64,000 nucleotides of DNA from Podarcis melisellensis (Eukaryota), in NCBI GenBank assembly GCA_964234715.1, contig OZ174283.1; one strand, given 5' to 3'. A program made the position numbers and the translations under genes. Shown here piece after piece: positions 23,902 through 37,181 of this stretch (the first letter of the stretch is position 1; every line of letters begins with the position of its first letter). A model generated the notes under the pieces. It did no database searches, was not told the DNA's origin, and was given only the letters and a program-made list of their open reading frames with translations.

Positions 23902-24706
23902 CTGGAAGAATTGTGAAGGGGAAAGGGGAGGAAAAGGCACATACTGATCAAAGTGTTGGAAATGACATGGCACACTGATGACACACAGACATTAACACAA
24001 ATAATAGGAAAGAAAGAGTGAAACAAAAACAAAGGGATGGAGGGGACTTCATGGTGAAGTGAGATTTGATTTGAGAGTTGTCACACTGTGGTTGTTTGAA
24101 CTCCTCCTTTTCAGCTTGTCCTCCAAAGGATTGTTGTGTACACACAATACAGAAAATATGATGGGTTTTTAAGAAGATTACATCAGATTACTTTGTGCTG
24201 CTGTTTCTTTTTTTAAAAAGCACTATTATACAACAAATAGAAGCATGTTTGGTTGCATTCGGGGATGCAGTATATATGCTTTCTTTTTCAGGATCTATGT
24301 AACTCTCAATGATAGGTAAATGCACGATTTGGGGCAGAATTTGGACCACCCAAGGAAAGCATGTTAATTTTGCATTTTGAAGTCAAGCATTCTGAAGTAG
24401 TATGCAGGATGATGACAGCCCAACCACCTCCTTCAGCCATTATAAAATAAGCTACTCATATAGTACTGACAGGTGCATCTCTCTGTGTGAAAAGTTCTGC
24501 ATCACTACCTGACACTTGAAGAAAAATGTTATTTGGAGAGATGGGAGCCATATACAGCATCTAGGGTGAGTTCATGGTACTTGGCCAGACAGGCAGCTAG
24601 TGCTGTCAATTTTGGACAGCATGTATGACTTTTCAGGGATGGAAGAATAAATGTAGCCACCCATTCCCATGTCCCCTTTCAATAAATAATCAGGTGTCTG
24701 AATAAT

Positions 24707-24915
24707 CATGATGAAGTAGTTAGAGAGTGTTGAATTTGGAGTGAGATGACCTAGTTCAAACCCCCTTTAACCCATAAAGTTCACCGAGTGACCTTCAATC
24801 ACTTCCTTTCAACTAATTTCCTATGTTGTTGTTTTGAGAATAAAAAAATTAAAGGAAGGATGGACTGCTCTAGCTCCTTGGAGGAAGGGCAGTACATGAA
24901 TGAAATAATAAAATA
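24707..24915 (+). mobile_element. Degenerate MIR/CORE-like SINE
   Basis: tRNA-like head (agtagttagagagtgttg...agttcaaaccc), gttgttttgagaataaaa core, A-rich tail. Confidence 0.45.
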
Positions 24916-25964
24916 TATGTTACTCATATTTATTTTTCTGGCAATTTGATATTCATTCAGCACACTGATTTACCCCCAGTGGTGATGGTTTGTGAAGAAG
25001 GCAGCTACAGCTGATTGGGTGCTTCCACTGAGGGTCTGTCTTTAGTGTGCAACTCTTTAAAGTGATGAACAACTTTTTAGAGCATCATCAATACATAGTC
25101 AAATAAAGCAGCCCTTTCCCCACAGTCATCATGGGACACATCCTTTTGATTCACTTATTGTGCTGTAGAGGGCAGCAACAAACAAGAATTTCTGCTCAGA
25201 GCTTTTTGCAATTGTACACCCCCAGCTTCACCTTTCAGGACAAGTTTCTAGCAAAATTATTCTCATCAGAAGCGGCAGGAGTCTCAAATAACATCTTACA
25301 TCCCATATTCCAAGTGGAATTAGGTGAACACTAGAAGAACAAGTGATTTTCCATTTGACACCACTGCTGAGCATCTTCCTTTTTGCCATGGCACAATTCT
25401 TTTTATCTTCTACTTTGGTAGCTGCTGTTTTTTGTTAGTTATAATTTCTTTATGAGTTACATTTTTAAATTAGTCACCATGAGACAGTATGGAATCAAAG
25501 ATGAGATAAAATATTTAAAATAAATTTCTTACACACAAATTCAGAAATTGCCATTCCTGACATTGCTTTAGGTATTTTTCAGATCCACAGAACAAATGCC
25601 CTGAACTTACATACTGCTCAGAGTGCCAGCTTGTAAGCTCAGATGCTATCAGTTTCCACCAGCTGAACATCACAATTTGTGTTAACTGTGCAACAGTAAA
25701 TGCATTAGTGTTAGAGTAAGCATCCCCATGATTCCCCTCTTTCATTCACCATACCATACCATCCACTTCAGTAGTCAAATGCTAACATTTCTGGCTTTGT
25801 AGCACTTTTCTGTGTTTATTTTTTCTGTGTTTACTCATAAAGATGATGGATAACAACCATGCACAAAGCTTATTACTTTCTGTCTCCAATTTTTGTTCCA
25901 TGATTAATTGAAAAGCTTGGTTCAAGTACAATATTCTTGGTCAGATAAAATGTGGTTTATCAGT

Positions 25965-26157
25965 NNNNNNNNNNNNNNNNNNNNNNNNNNNNNNNNNNNN
26001 NNNNNNNNNNNNNNNNNNNNNNNNNNNNNNNNNNNNNNNNNNNNNNNNNNNNNNNNNNNNNNNNNNNNNNNNNNNNNNNNNNNNNNNNNNNNNNNNNNNN
26101 NNNNNNNNNNNNNNNNNNNNNNNNNNNNNNNNNNNNNNNNNNNNNNNNNNNNNNNNN
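25965..26157. other. Assembly gap (193 N)
   Basis: N run. Confidence 1.
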
Positions 26158-26613
26158 GGTTTCCAGAACTCCTTACATAAAAATCAGAGAACTGTGGTTA
26201 AGGCTAGCAAAAATTGCTAACCACAGATTGCACCAGTTCACAAACAAGAGGACTGCAGCCTGTGTATAAAGCACTGTTTATATGCATATAGGAAACTGGA
26301 TATAACAGGAAACTCTGGAAGTCTTGCACTAAGGTAGGAAGGAAGCACTGTGGTATAACCCTCATTTTTAGTTCAACAAACCATAATTTATCAGATTGAG
26401 ATCATTCCATCTGAATTGAGTCAAATGTATTTTTTTTGGGGGGGGGGAGAGGGCATGGATGTAGGAAGGCATCTAGCTCAAAGGTGTCTCTGAATATGGA
26501 GACTCCATTTAGTTATTATGACTAAAAGGAACTGCTACAGAAATTTGTGGAGAATGTCCTATGTCTAGACTTACATGTATATAAGCTTTTGACACAATCT
26601 AACATTGTGTACA

Positions 26614-26975
26614 GGGACGCAGGTGGCGCTGTGGGTTAAAGCCTCAGCGCCTAGGACTTGCCGATCGAAAGGTCGGCAGTTCGAATCCCTGCGGCGGGGT
26701 GCGCTCCCGCTGCTCGGTCCCAGCGCCTGCCAACCTAGCAGTTCGAAAGCACCTCCGGGTGCAAGTAGATAAATAGGGACCGCTTACCAGCGGGAAGGTA
26801 AACGGCGTTTCCGTGTGCAGCTCTGGCTCGCCAGAGCAGCGATGTCACGCTGGCCACGTGACCCAGAAGTGTCTCCGGACAGCGCTGGCCCCTGGCCTCT
26901 TAAGTGAGATGGGCGCACAACCCCAGAGTCTGTCAAGACTGGCCCGTACAGGCAGGGGTACCTTTACCTTTACCT
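26614..26975 (+). mobile_element. Sauria SINE (POM-like subfamily), full length
   Basis: GGGACGCAGGTGGCGCTGTGG head, (TACCTT)3 tail, perfect 14-bp TSD taacattgtgtaca at 26600-26613 and 26976-26989. Confidence 0.95.
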
Positions 26976-27021
26976 TAACATTGTGTACAACTGCAGCTGG
27001 TTGACTGATGGAACCCAAAGG

Positions 27022-27382
27022 GACTGAAGAAGAGATGACTGCGATGTGATATGATAGCCATCTTCAAATATATCTGAATGGCCATCATATGGATGATGGA
27101 GCAAGCTTGTTTCTGCTGCTCCAGAGCATAGAATCTGGATCACTGAATTCAAATTAGAAGAATGGAGATTCTGACTAAACATTAAGGAATAACTTTGACA
27201 GTAAGAGCTGTTTGACAGGGGAATGGACTACTTCAAAAGGTGGGGGACTCTCCATTGGAGGTTTTTAAATAGAGGTTGGATGGTCATCTGTCAGGGATTC
27301 CTTAGCTGCTGTTGATGCACTGCAGGGGGTTGAACTAGATGCCATTGGGATCCCTTCCAACTCTATAATTCTGATTCTGTGA
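27022..27382 (+). mobile_element. CR1 LINE 3' fragment
   Basis: Decayed ORF2 end (gatatgatagccatcttcaaata...gaggtttttaaatagaggttggatgg) and cccttccaactctataattctgattctgtga terminus. Confidence 0.8.
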
Positions 27383-27523
27383 AACAGGTTCGTTCAACTA
27401 GTTTGTTAACTTGCCAACTGGCACAACATCTGTGCAGAATCCTGGTAACCCACCAGAGCCTGATAACAGGCTGGTGAGCCAATGTTGCCTTTCTGATTTT
27501 TGTAATAAGGTAAGCCCATACAC

Positions 27524-27775
27524 TAGGGGTCAGCAACCTTTTTCAGCTGTGGGCTGGTCCACCTTCCCTCTGACCATGTGGTGGGCCGGACTATATTTTG
27601 AAAAAAAAAAAATGAACAAATTCCTATGCCCCCCAAATAACCCAGAGATGCATTTTAAATAAAAGGACATATTCTATTCATGTAAAAACATGCTGATTCC
27701 CGGACTGTACGCAGGCCGGATTTAGAAGGCGATTGGGCCGCATCCGGCCCACGGACCTTAGGTTGCCCACCCCTG
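27524..27775. mobile_element. hAT (Charlie-like) MITE
   Basis: TIR taggggtcagcaacct / aggttgcccacccctg; 8-bp TSD ccatacac/ctatacac. Confidence 0.85.
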
Positions 27776-30700
27776 CTATACACGATACATATTTTAAAAG
27801 CTGTCCCCCCAAAAAGTAATACAGCAACTCCATACAGCTATGTGTGTAAGCAGGACAGTAAAAAATTGTGTTACTTGATCTGCACTGTCAAAATGTAATA
27901 GGTTGTGTGTGCATAAATAAAGAGGCAACTGAGGTCTCAATCAAAAATAGAACCCTGGATACATATCTCCACTTTTTGTCCTGGTACTAATTTACACATG
28001 CCTCCTCTCTTTATATGCTTTTGGGGGAGGACTACAAACTGTCAGCTGAAGGTATGGGGGTTTCTTCTTTAAAAACACAGAATTTGCGCAACTGTACTCA
28101 TGCATGCAACATGCATACAAACAGATGTTGGGAAAAATCATAATTTGTTTTAAAGGAAAAAGTGTTCTAAATATATTTCAGGGATGGACATGTATGAGCT
28201 AACATTCATTACTGAAATTTAGAGTTGTTTTTGATGCAGCACTCATGTTGCTCAGCTGTTTCAGTGATGTCTCATTTTAGATTTTATTTTTTCTTGCAGA
28301 ATTTCATAAAACTGCACTAGTTGTAAGCCTTACTGAGAGTTATTTTGACAGAGAACATGGAATATAATCACCTTGAGAGCCAAAAACAGACTCAGAAATA
28401 ACTGAAAGGGCTCAACAAAACAAGGGGTGCCCCCCAAAACAGCTCTATTTCCCCTCCAAGTAATTGATACTTTTCAATCAATGATGTGACAAACCCAACA
28501 TAGAAAAATGTCTGTCAATTATGAATTGCACACCCAACCCTGTGCAATATGGGCCTCTTGGGTGGGCAGTTCCTTGTAACAAGCAACATTTGATAGCCTT
28601 CCTTTGATGAAATGACAGATATCCATGCTGCTTTCTGACATACTGAATAAAGCAAAGCTGTAATGCTAATTGAGGAATAGCACTTTGTCAAGGTATCAAT
28701 ATGACATCTTTAAAAATGTATTTGCTCCTCTTTTTTACCCTGGACTTGGGGCCAAACTAGACTGGGCACTGAGAGAGGTCCTCAACTGGATCTCCCACAT
28801 ATTATTTAAAGTTAAAAGCAAGCATTGGGGAGTACCATCAATATGGTTATGTGGTAAATAGCAGCTTCAGCTTGTTCTGGTGAGCAGTGCACCTATCTAT
28901 GTTTGCAGACTGCTTGCCTGGAATCTCTGGTCAACTGAGGCCAAGCCACATGTGATAAGGCCTTATATAGGCCTCCCTGTATTTTCGCCTCCAAATCTCA
29001 CAAGATACAGGGGATCCCGAGTAAAGAGATTCTGTGCCTCTCTACTCTCAAAGTGGCTCTCCCATGACTTCCCATCTTGTTGTGGTGTTCCAGTTTCCCA
29101 GGCATCATGCACTGCTGTTGACAGTAGCTAGGAAGTAGAGAGGAAGGCAGTTGGTGTTGCCTCTTCTTCCTGTGCCACAACCCCAGCACGGATGGCTGCA
29201 GGGTTTGTTTGTTTTGGAGGGGAGGGGCTTTCTATAATAGTCAAACTCTGAGTTGGCTTAAGAGCTTCTAACTCAAGATGAAGGATAAGCATCATCATAC
29301 CTATGCTGCCTGGTAAAAGCATTCTTGTCTAGGCAAGCCTTAAATATGTTGGTGTGAGTTTTAAACCTGTTTTGGTATTTTACTTTTTATATGTTTTAAA
29401 GTATTGTATTTTTTATTTGATGTTATTTGGTAAACTGCTTTGAGGTCACTGTTGGTTTTACAAACAGGCAATGTATAAATTTTGCAAAATAAATACCTAT
29501 AGATTTTGACACATGGCATACTAAAATGTAGAACGTTCAACTTCTGTTTTGAGACGTTTGAAATAGCACACCTGTTTGATACAAAGCGCCTTTTAGGATC
29601 AAATACATATTTTTTGGTATTATTTCTAAGTACAGATTTCTAAAGCTACTGCTAAAAATAATATACATTCTGAAGAGTAAAAACATATGAGCACAAGGAA
29701 TTCTGTGTACCTCCTGGCTTTGACTGCTAACTTCTTTACATTTTTCTCCATAAACAGAGGAAAGCAGCAGAGCTCTTGGAAAGTGGAGGAATTGGGGTTT
29801 AGCTTGCTAGAGGAATGATAAGGCAGGAGCTCTCAAAAGCTGTGCAGAAGATAATTTATTACCCAACACATTTTTAGTATAACTATTCTTTCTCAGGGTC
29901 AACCCTGATTTCAAACTATTCCACACCATGCCTTCCCCTGCTTTTTGAGATACTTCAAAATGCAGTTTTGGTCCCTTTCTGAAAGAGAGGAATAAATGCA
30001 TTGAGCACCGCACTATTTTCTGTATGCTTTTGAAGTCTCCTCCCCTTTTGATCCTGTGTTTGGTGCCTTTCTTTCCCTCTTCTGTTATCTTTTTGGAGGA
30101 ACTCAGCAATTGAAAAAGCAAGTCTGTGATGCATTTAAGTATCCAGGGCTGCTAATGTTACATTGGCATCATGGGCAGTTATGTGGTTTCCAAATAGCTA
30201 GCATTCAACAGGCCCTTGAAGCAAAACCTCTATAACCTGTGCCTACAGGGGCCATGTGTTTTGCAGAAAGCACTGATATTTGATGTAGCAAAATGGTGAA
30301 ACTGGTGAAAATCGGCCCTTATGAGAATGAATGTGGCCTCCCTCTGGCTTGTGCTCTCCTCCTCCTCCTCCCTCCCCCACTTAACCACAGTTTAGCATGT
30401 TGTCTGAATCCTAAACATGCTTAAATTTGACTATGGTTAGTGAAAACAAGCCATCTTCACAAATGATTGCTTGAAGTTGGCTTGTTGTTACTAATCATAG
30501 CTAAGAACAACTGCATTTTTTTCCTCTAGTCAACATTATTAGTACTTATTATTATTACCACCAAAAAGCAGGGTATGCTCCCATTTTCTTTTCTAGCAAG
30601 GTTCGGGCAACTTTAACAGCTGTGTGACCAAAAGAATTCAACACACAAAACTTCTGCTATGCTAGAAGTTGCACCAGCTAAATGTCTTCCTGTCATAAGC

Positions 30701-30876
30701 AGTTAAAAGCACAGGAGGCTTTCTAGAGAAAGAGGTGCCTACCATACACCAAGGAATCAAATCTGGAACCTTTAACGCTATGATTCTAAGATCCAGTTGT
30801 GAAAGCAATGTGGGTGAATTCATGATGCAAACACAAGTGATATCCCTAAAGTGCAAAACCACATTCTTTTGCTTTC

Positions 30877-31014
30877 NNNNNNNNNNNNNNNNNNNNNNNN
30901 NNNNNNNNNNNNNNNNNNNNNNNNNNNNNNNNNNNNNNNNNNNNNNNNNNNNNNNNNNNNNNNNNNNNNNNNNNNNNNNNNNNNNNNNNNNNNNNNNNNN
31001 NNNNNNNNNNNNNN
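30877..31014. other. Assembly gap (138 N)
   Basis: N run. Confidence 1.
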
Positions 31015-33515
31015 TCCATATTAGATTTCAATTCGCGTTACAGCCTCAGGTAATGGGAATTAATTTCCCACTTCATGAACATGCTATAAAAAGGCAAAGT
31101 CCCAATTATAGTGCACTCTGTAGATTGCATTTCTTTTGTCCACAAATTTTGCAGCTCTGACACAAAAAGGCATTGCCTATTACTTTATGCAAATGAACTG
31201 TTTTACAATTAACATCAGTTGTACAGTGAAGACTTCAAAATTAATGTTACATTAACAACTTGGCTCTGTGCTAATTGATTTAGAGTCTGTTCAAAAGGAA
31301 GCGATTGTCAGAACACCACAGCTACCGTTTAAGATCCAGACCTCCAAAGTTCTTTGAAACATTTAGCGTTTTACAGCTCCCTTTGAACATTTAGAAACAA
31401 ACTTACTCAATTTGTCACAATGTGAAATGGAGTCCTCGGCAATCAGTGCCAGCTACAAGTGCAAGCAGGGTTTGGGGAGATGGTTATATTTAGATTACAT
31501 CAATGATGAATCTCACATAACTAAAGCTTTATTCCAAGGGGGAAATCTGGTAAAAAATAAAGTGAATTAATTTAGGATTTGCTAGGCATTACAGTGAAAC
31601 CTTGGTTCCCGAACTTAATCTGTTCTGGGAGTCTGTTCGATTCCCAAAACAGTTCAGGGACCAAGGCACGGCTTCTGGTTGGCTGCAGCAGCTTCCTTCT
31701 GCAATATTTCTATTGCAGAAGTTGAATACCAGACGAGGATAGTAATTTGAGAATGTTTTAATTATAAATGTTTCTGAAGTGGTGCAGAGGAGAGGAATCC
31801 AAACCCCCAATCTGCTGTCCTAGAGAGGATTTGGATAGGGCAGAAGGCTCCCTTCACTCAGCTCTGCCAGTGGGGGAGCTCTGCCATTACCAGCAGAAAC
31901 TCCCCAAATGGGCTGTTTGGGGTGCAGGGATTAATGCAGAAATGGAACTTATGAATGCGCACATGTAATACTGACACAGACTAGAAATTGACTGATTTCT
32001 CCATGTTACTGTAGAGAGCAGAAGTATGGTAATTTTCAGCAGCGATCTTGTATTTCTCATAACATATATTTTCACCCCAACTTCCTTCAGATTGCACAAT
32101 GTGCCTGTCCTTGATAGGAGGCAAAGCACAGACATTTTCTTAAATCAATATAGGGTCAGGTTTTTATGCTTGGCCTTCAGAAGTTTCCATAGATGTGATG
32201 ATTACAGTTAATTCATCACTTAAAAAAAAAAAGAATGGCACACTATTATTGTGAACATTGGCTGGTCGGAATTGGCCAATGTTAACTTTAATTATTCCCA
32301 AATATTAAGTTACACTTATCCCGCATGTAGATAAAATTTCATCATGCATGATATGCTGATACAAGTTATCGCATTTGTGACAAATAATCTACATTCCCAC
32401 TGAAACCTTCATTATTAATCATACTTGAGAAATAAAAACTGGAAACTACCCCCTAACTGGTTTAACCGATAAGACAGGGAAATATTGACATACCCATTCA
32501 CTGCAGTTTATATACTATATAACTGCTATGGTAAAATTTGGCTTCAAAAGCAATGGCCACAAAGTAACATGTCATAAGTAAAATTCAGCATTTGGGTGCC
32601 TACATCAATCAGTATTTTAATTCCTGAACAGTGGAAATATAAAATCATTTACAGCTTCTAAAATGATATATTAGAATGCTAAAGATCAACCCTAAAAATG
32701 CTGAGTATTTAAAGACAATGGCTGTATCCAAGTTAGGCAACATAAATTGTACTGGTCTGGTTAAAGCCAGCTCAGCTAGACCACCTTCTGGGTAATGAAG
32801 AAAGATACTGCTTTTGTGTCCACTAAAGGTATAAAAGATGTTACTTTTGCAAGGACAGTATTGTGTTTTAGTACGTTTGAGCAAAGCACACTTCCCCCAA
32901 GACTACGCATATGTAATAAAAGTCAATGAGCAGAGTTACTAGGAACATTAGTGGTAATTTTGCAAGTATCAGCCTTATTAAACATGCTTTTAAAAATAAT
33001 TTTATATGAACCCTAGCTTAAAAAATGCAACAGAGACATTTAGCCACAAGTTAGTGTGCATTGAGCCATCATTTGTGAAGACCTCATTAAGCATAAATAA
33101 TGAAAACACATTTGTGGATTCAATTTTTCTGGAGTGCCTAGGAACAAGGATCCCCCCCCCCCAATGTGTAACAACTTTCGTGTTATACATGTGCTGGTAA
33201 AATTGCTACAAAGGTGACTAACTCCCCACTGCTTACCTATGTGACAAGTTAAACGAGAACATTTTTCAGATTGAGTCCAACATTTAAAAAAATCCAAAGT
33301 AGTCAAATGTGGCAAGCAAACCAAAATTGCGACATTTCAGCCAAAAAACGTGAACCCTTCAACCACCACAACAAATCTCTTTAAGAAGAGTTCAGTACTT
33401 TTCATTTCTTTTCAAAGCATCTAATGATATCCGTTAAAACTATGTCAGCTTTTATGACTAGAAATGAACTCATTAAACTATTTGTCATGTTTAAATACAA
33501 ACCGACTTCACTTAC

Positions 33516-33630
33516 CGGTCTCTCGTGTTCGAGGATAGAAGACTTCCCTGGCTCGTATTCAAAAATACTCCTTGGTTCTGAACGGAATTTGCGTGTGTCT
33601 ACTTTTCTATCCGGAGGGTCCCACTCATTT
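33516..33630 (-). CDS. SORBS2: SORBS2 exon ([38 protein letters not shown])
   Basis: TAG|A and CCG|GTAAGT; 115 nt; phase 2-0. Confidence 0.97.
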
Positions 33631-33994
33631 CTAAGATAAAATAAAATTGACAACTGAATTAAATCATCTTTCCCACCAAGCTCTATTCATATATAAAAAA
33701 TGTCTTGTGGGTACTGCAAGCCTACTTTCTCCATGTGCCATTTGTAAAATCACAATAAAACTGACACTAAAAGCAGAGATTTCATAGAAAGGAAAACCAT
33801 GCTTCGCAATAGCATAATTAGTGACATTATGGTATTTGAAAGTCAAGAGGCAATGCAGCAGTTTAGATATTTTTTTTAAACTGGCTTTTATAAACATGAA
33901 AAATGTTATACAAACAAGTATACCAAGTTTCCTCATGTTGTTTGTGTATCACAAAAATAGCGTAATAAATGTGGAAAAATATCTACAGCATATG

Positions 33995-34580
33995 TTTCAT
34001 TATTAGTGGTCATTGTATAAATTCTTGGTTTATGAATTGGTTTAAACAATTAGGAAGAAGAAGAAAGGGAGAGGGGAGTGACGAGTGGGGTGGGGTGGTT
34101 ATGCTTCCATTATTCTACTTAGTGTGTGTGAGGGGTTGTGTCAGCATTACTTGCATGGATTCTCTTACTATTCACTTGTATTTCCTTGGTGGTAAGAGAG
34201 GTTGGGTGTGGCGTAGGGTGTAGTTGGTTGTCTTTGGTTGGCTGTAGTGAGAATTGTTTTTATGTGTGAGCCAGGGGTGAGTGTGTATTTTTGAATCATG
34301 CTAGCCAGATTGATTTGTATGCTGTCGGGGGATTCTTGTTGTTGTCTTGTTGGGCTGTGTATGTGATAAAGGAGCCATACCGAGGTGAAGGCGGCGTCTT
34401 CTATTTGTCCCTGTGTGAGTTTAAGTTTATTGGTTAGTTTTTCCAATAAGGCTGCTTCCCATACTATTTGATACCCTTGGTCCATGCTTACTCCTGACAG
34501 GGCTCACCAGTGTCTAGCTATGATGTTTCTGGCTACTGAGAGTAGGTGGGTTATGAGCTCTTTGTGGTGTGAGTGGAGCA
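33995..34580 (-). mobile_element. 5'-truncated L1-clade LINE (ORF2 C-terminus plus 3' UTR)
   Basis: Minus frame HKELITHLLSVARNIIARHW*...IVWEAALLEKLT resembles the non-mammalian L1 ORF2 C-terminus; strong strand compositional skew. Confidence 0.65.
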
Positions 34581-34766
34581 GTTTAGATTGTTAAGTTATT
34601 TATGGTGAAGCAAGGCACACTCTATGTAAAAGCACTTGCAGCGAGTATAAAAATACTTCTTATGTGCTTTAAACATTAAAAGAGCCTGAAATAATGCCTC
34701 TCAAATTATGCCTCATGGAATTTGCTGCTTCTAGATTGACTGCTACAAAACGGTTGCAAGGCTTAC

Positions 34767-34944
34767 TTCTCTGGTGCAGATCGTTGCCGTGGGCGAATTG
34801 GTGGTGCTGGGGGTGGTGGAGGTACAGGGGACGAGACCTTAAAGGCCTCCGTGCCATTGTCAGAAGTACTTTTCGTCAGCGGTCTGTATGTCTGTGTTCT
34901 TGCAGCAGGGTGTGCTTGAGCAGAAAAGGATGGGCTAAAGTTAC
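34767..34944 (-). CDS. SORBS2: SORBS2 exon ([26 protein letters not shown]...[21 protein letters not shown])
   Basis: TAG|GT and AA|GTAAGC; 178 nt; phase 1-2. Confidence 0.96.
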
Positions 34945-37136
34945 CTAATAAAATGACAAAACAGAAAAAAGCCATAATATAACTATTAACATCACTTGAT
35001 ACAATACATACATGCCACATTCAATTATGGGTTTTAAAAAATTAATGTGAATTTAATGGTAGTTCTTCTTGGCTTATATCCTCAGTTCCATGAATGGCAT
35101 AGAGTTTACAGAATGGAATTTTCCTGCTTCTTCTTTTCCTCGGCAGCAGCCTGTGCCCCTAAACATCGGCTCCTAGAGACTAGGGCCTCCTCTAGAACAG
35201 ACTAGCATGTGGTGTGGAAGGCTGCAGCAAGAAGGGCAGATTTCCAAAGACCATGGCTCCCAGGATGAGAACAAAAGAGTCATCCACTTGTACGCTGTCA
35301 CCTTGGATTCCACATCATATCCCCAACACAGAGGATACTTGTGGACCTATCTTTGAGAAGGGTATGTAACGATACACATTTCAGTCCCTAAACACATTTA
35401 TTGGAAGTAGATCCCACTAAATTCAATGGAACTTGCAATGACTGGTCTTGACTGGAGTGGGCAGACTTCAGGCTTGACGGATCTACTTTGATTTTTACTA
35501 GAACCCTGAGCTCTATCAACTGGAGCCAGGTTCAAAAGAGTAGATCAAGTTGAGGCAAACAACATACTCCTAAAATTTAAGAAAAAGGGTGCCTCTGGGC
35601 AATTGTTCAATCAAAAGAAGTGTTTTTGGTACCAGAAGTCCCATATTGATTCATGGTAAGCATGGCTTGCACAACTTGTAAACCATCAAGTGAAATGCAG
35701 CACACCACCTGGGTATAGGGCCATATCAATGGCTTGACAGGACCCCTATTTCTGCAGTCCAAAGCAAGTGGTTTATCATGCCTTAGGTGGACTTGATACA
35801 TGGATAAAGGGTTCTGTTCCCATTTCTCTAAAATCTGGAAGTGCCTTGAGGCATAGCCACAGTTGGGATAATTTACTGCTGGCTGCCATTGTTATCTTGG
35901 TGGTTGTTTGCTAGCAGAAAACTGAAAAAGAAATACACACATGCTTGAATTTAAGCAAGCCTTTGTTAATTTTGTAACAATGCCTTTCTGGTTAGCAATA
36001 TAATATTTATCAGCATTAGTTCTGGACAGTCACCCAAGCAGATCACATAAATGTAGTTTTTTTGCAAGTGAAGATTGAATCTATGCAGATTGTGATGTGA
36101 ACTTAAATTGGAAGTTGCATTTTTAAAAATGCATTTTTTCCTATGGTGCATTACCATTTTGCATATTTTTGCAAATATGTATAACACATTTTTAAAGGGC
36201 TTTTCTAATCAATAAGTACATCTGATATATTTTCACAATTATTTGGCTTGATGTACATTTTTACAGAAATTTGCAGCCTTCGACCGCTGTTCTGTCACTT
36301 TCTATGTTATATTGACAATTTCATTTTAATTTCCAGCAGTTGCAAAAGCAACGTGCTGACAGCTTTAATGGAATGCACAGTGTGGAAGCTTGAGTTTTGG
36401 ATTCATGTTTTGTCCCATGGTAAAGGGGATGATCTAGTGAAAATTAAACGAAACAGAGAGCCAAACTACACATTACACTTAATGAAGAGCATGCAGATAC
36501 AGCTCTGGATTTATTTTAATTAATTACAGGTGCAGGGGGCTTTTCCTATGCTTCCCAGCTACATGGCCAGAAAGCAGGCAATTTTTGTCCCAAATGTGAC
36601 AGTGTGTTGTTATATAACAATTGCCCAAATAACAATTGCCCACCTGCTCCTTTAGCATAATGTATAGTTTAGCCCTGAGCAGAATTTATTTATTTCAGTG
36701 TTAACTCTCTCATATTAAAATTAATGAGACACAAAAATATATGACTTTGGATTGTTCCCATGTTTTATGCATACAATGCAGTATTCTACTCAGCTACTAC
36801 CTTTATCATCCCCAATGCATGTTGATGGAGGTTATGCTAGTAATCAAGCTCTGCTTTGAAACTGTTCACAAAGCCAGAATCTGTCCAAATTAGTACAAAA
36901 TCAAAGCACTGGAAGGTCACCATTGAAAATACATTTTGGGTTATTTGGCTGGAAAAAGAATTCACACGCAATCATTCAGGTGTCAGGAAAATATCGAAAT
37001 GACAACAATACACTGAGATCCCACAACACAACAATAAAAACTGCAGTTACACAAGCACAAGAAGGATGGGCTACAAGGTTAGGTAATTGCCAAAATTAAC
37101 GAGAACAGACTCATGAAGGGAAGGAATAATTCCTAC

Positions 37137-37181
37137 CAGTATTATATGCATAGGCAGTATTATACATGTCTGTGTCATCAT
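37137..37181 (-). CDS. SORBS2: SORBS2 45-nt cassette exon (DDDTDMYNTAYAYNT)
   Basis: TAG|AT and G|GTAGGA; phase 1-1; matches human DDDTDMYNTPYTYNA. Confidence 0.94.

Noticed and set aside
29128-29850. Peptides ESPSPPKQ and LRAPALS resembling a mammalian Pro-rich SORBS2 cassette exon
   Set aside because: The matches are short and low-complexity, lie in separate ORFs, and have no compatible splice sites.
25908-31160. ORFs containing X runs
   Set aside because: Artefacts of the N gaps.
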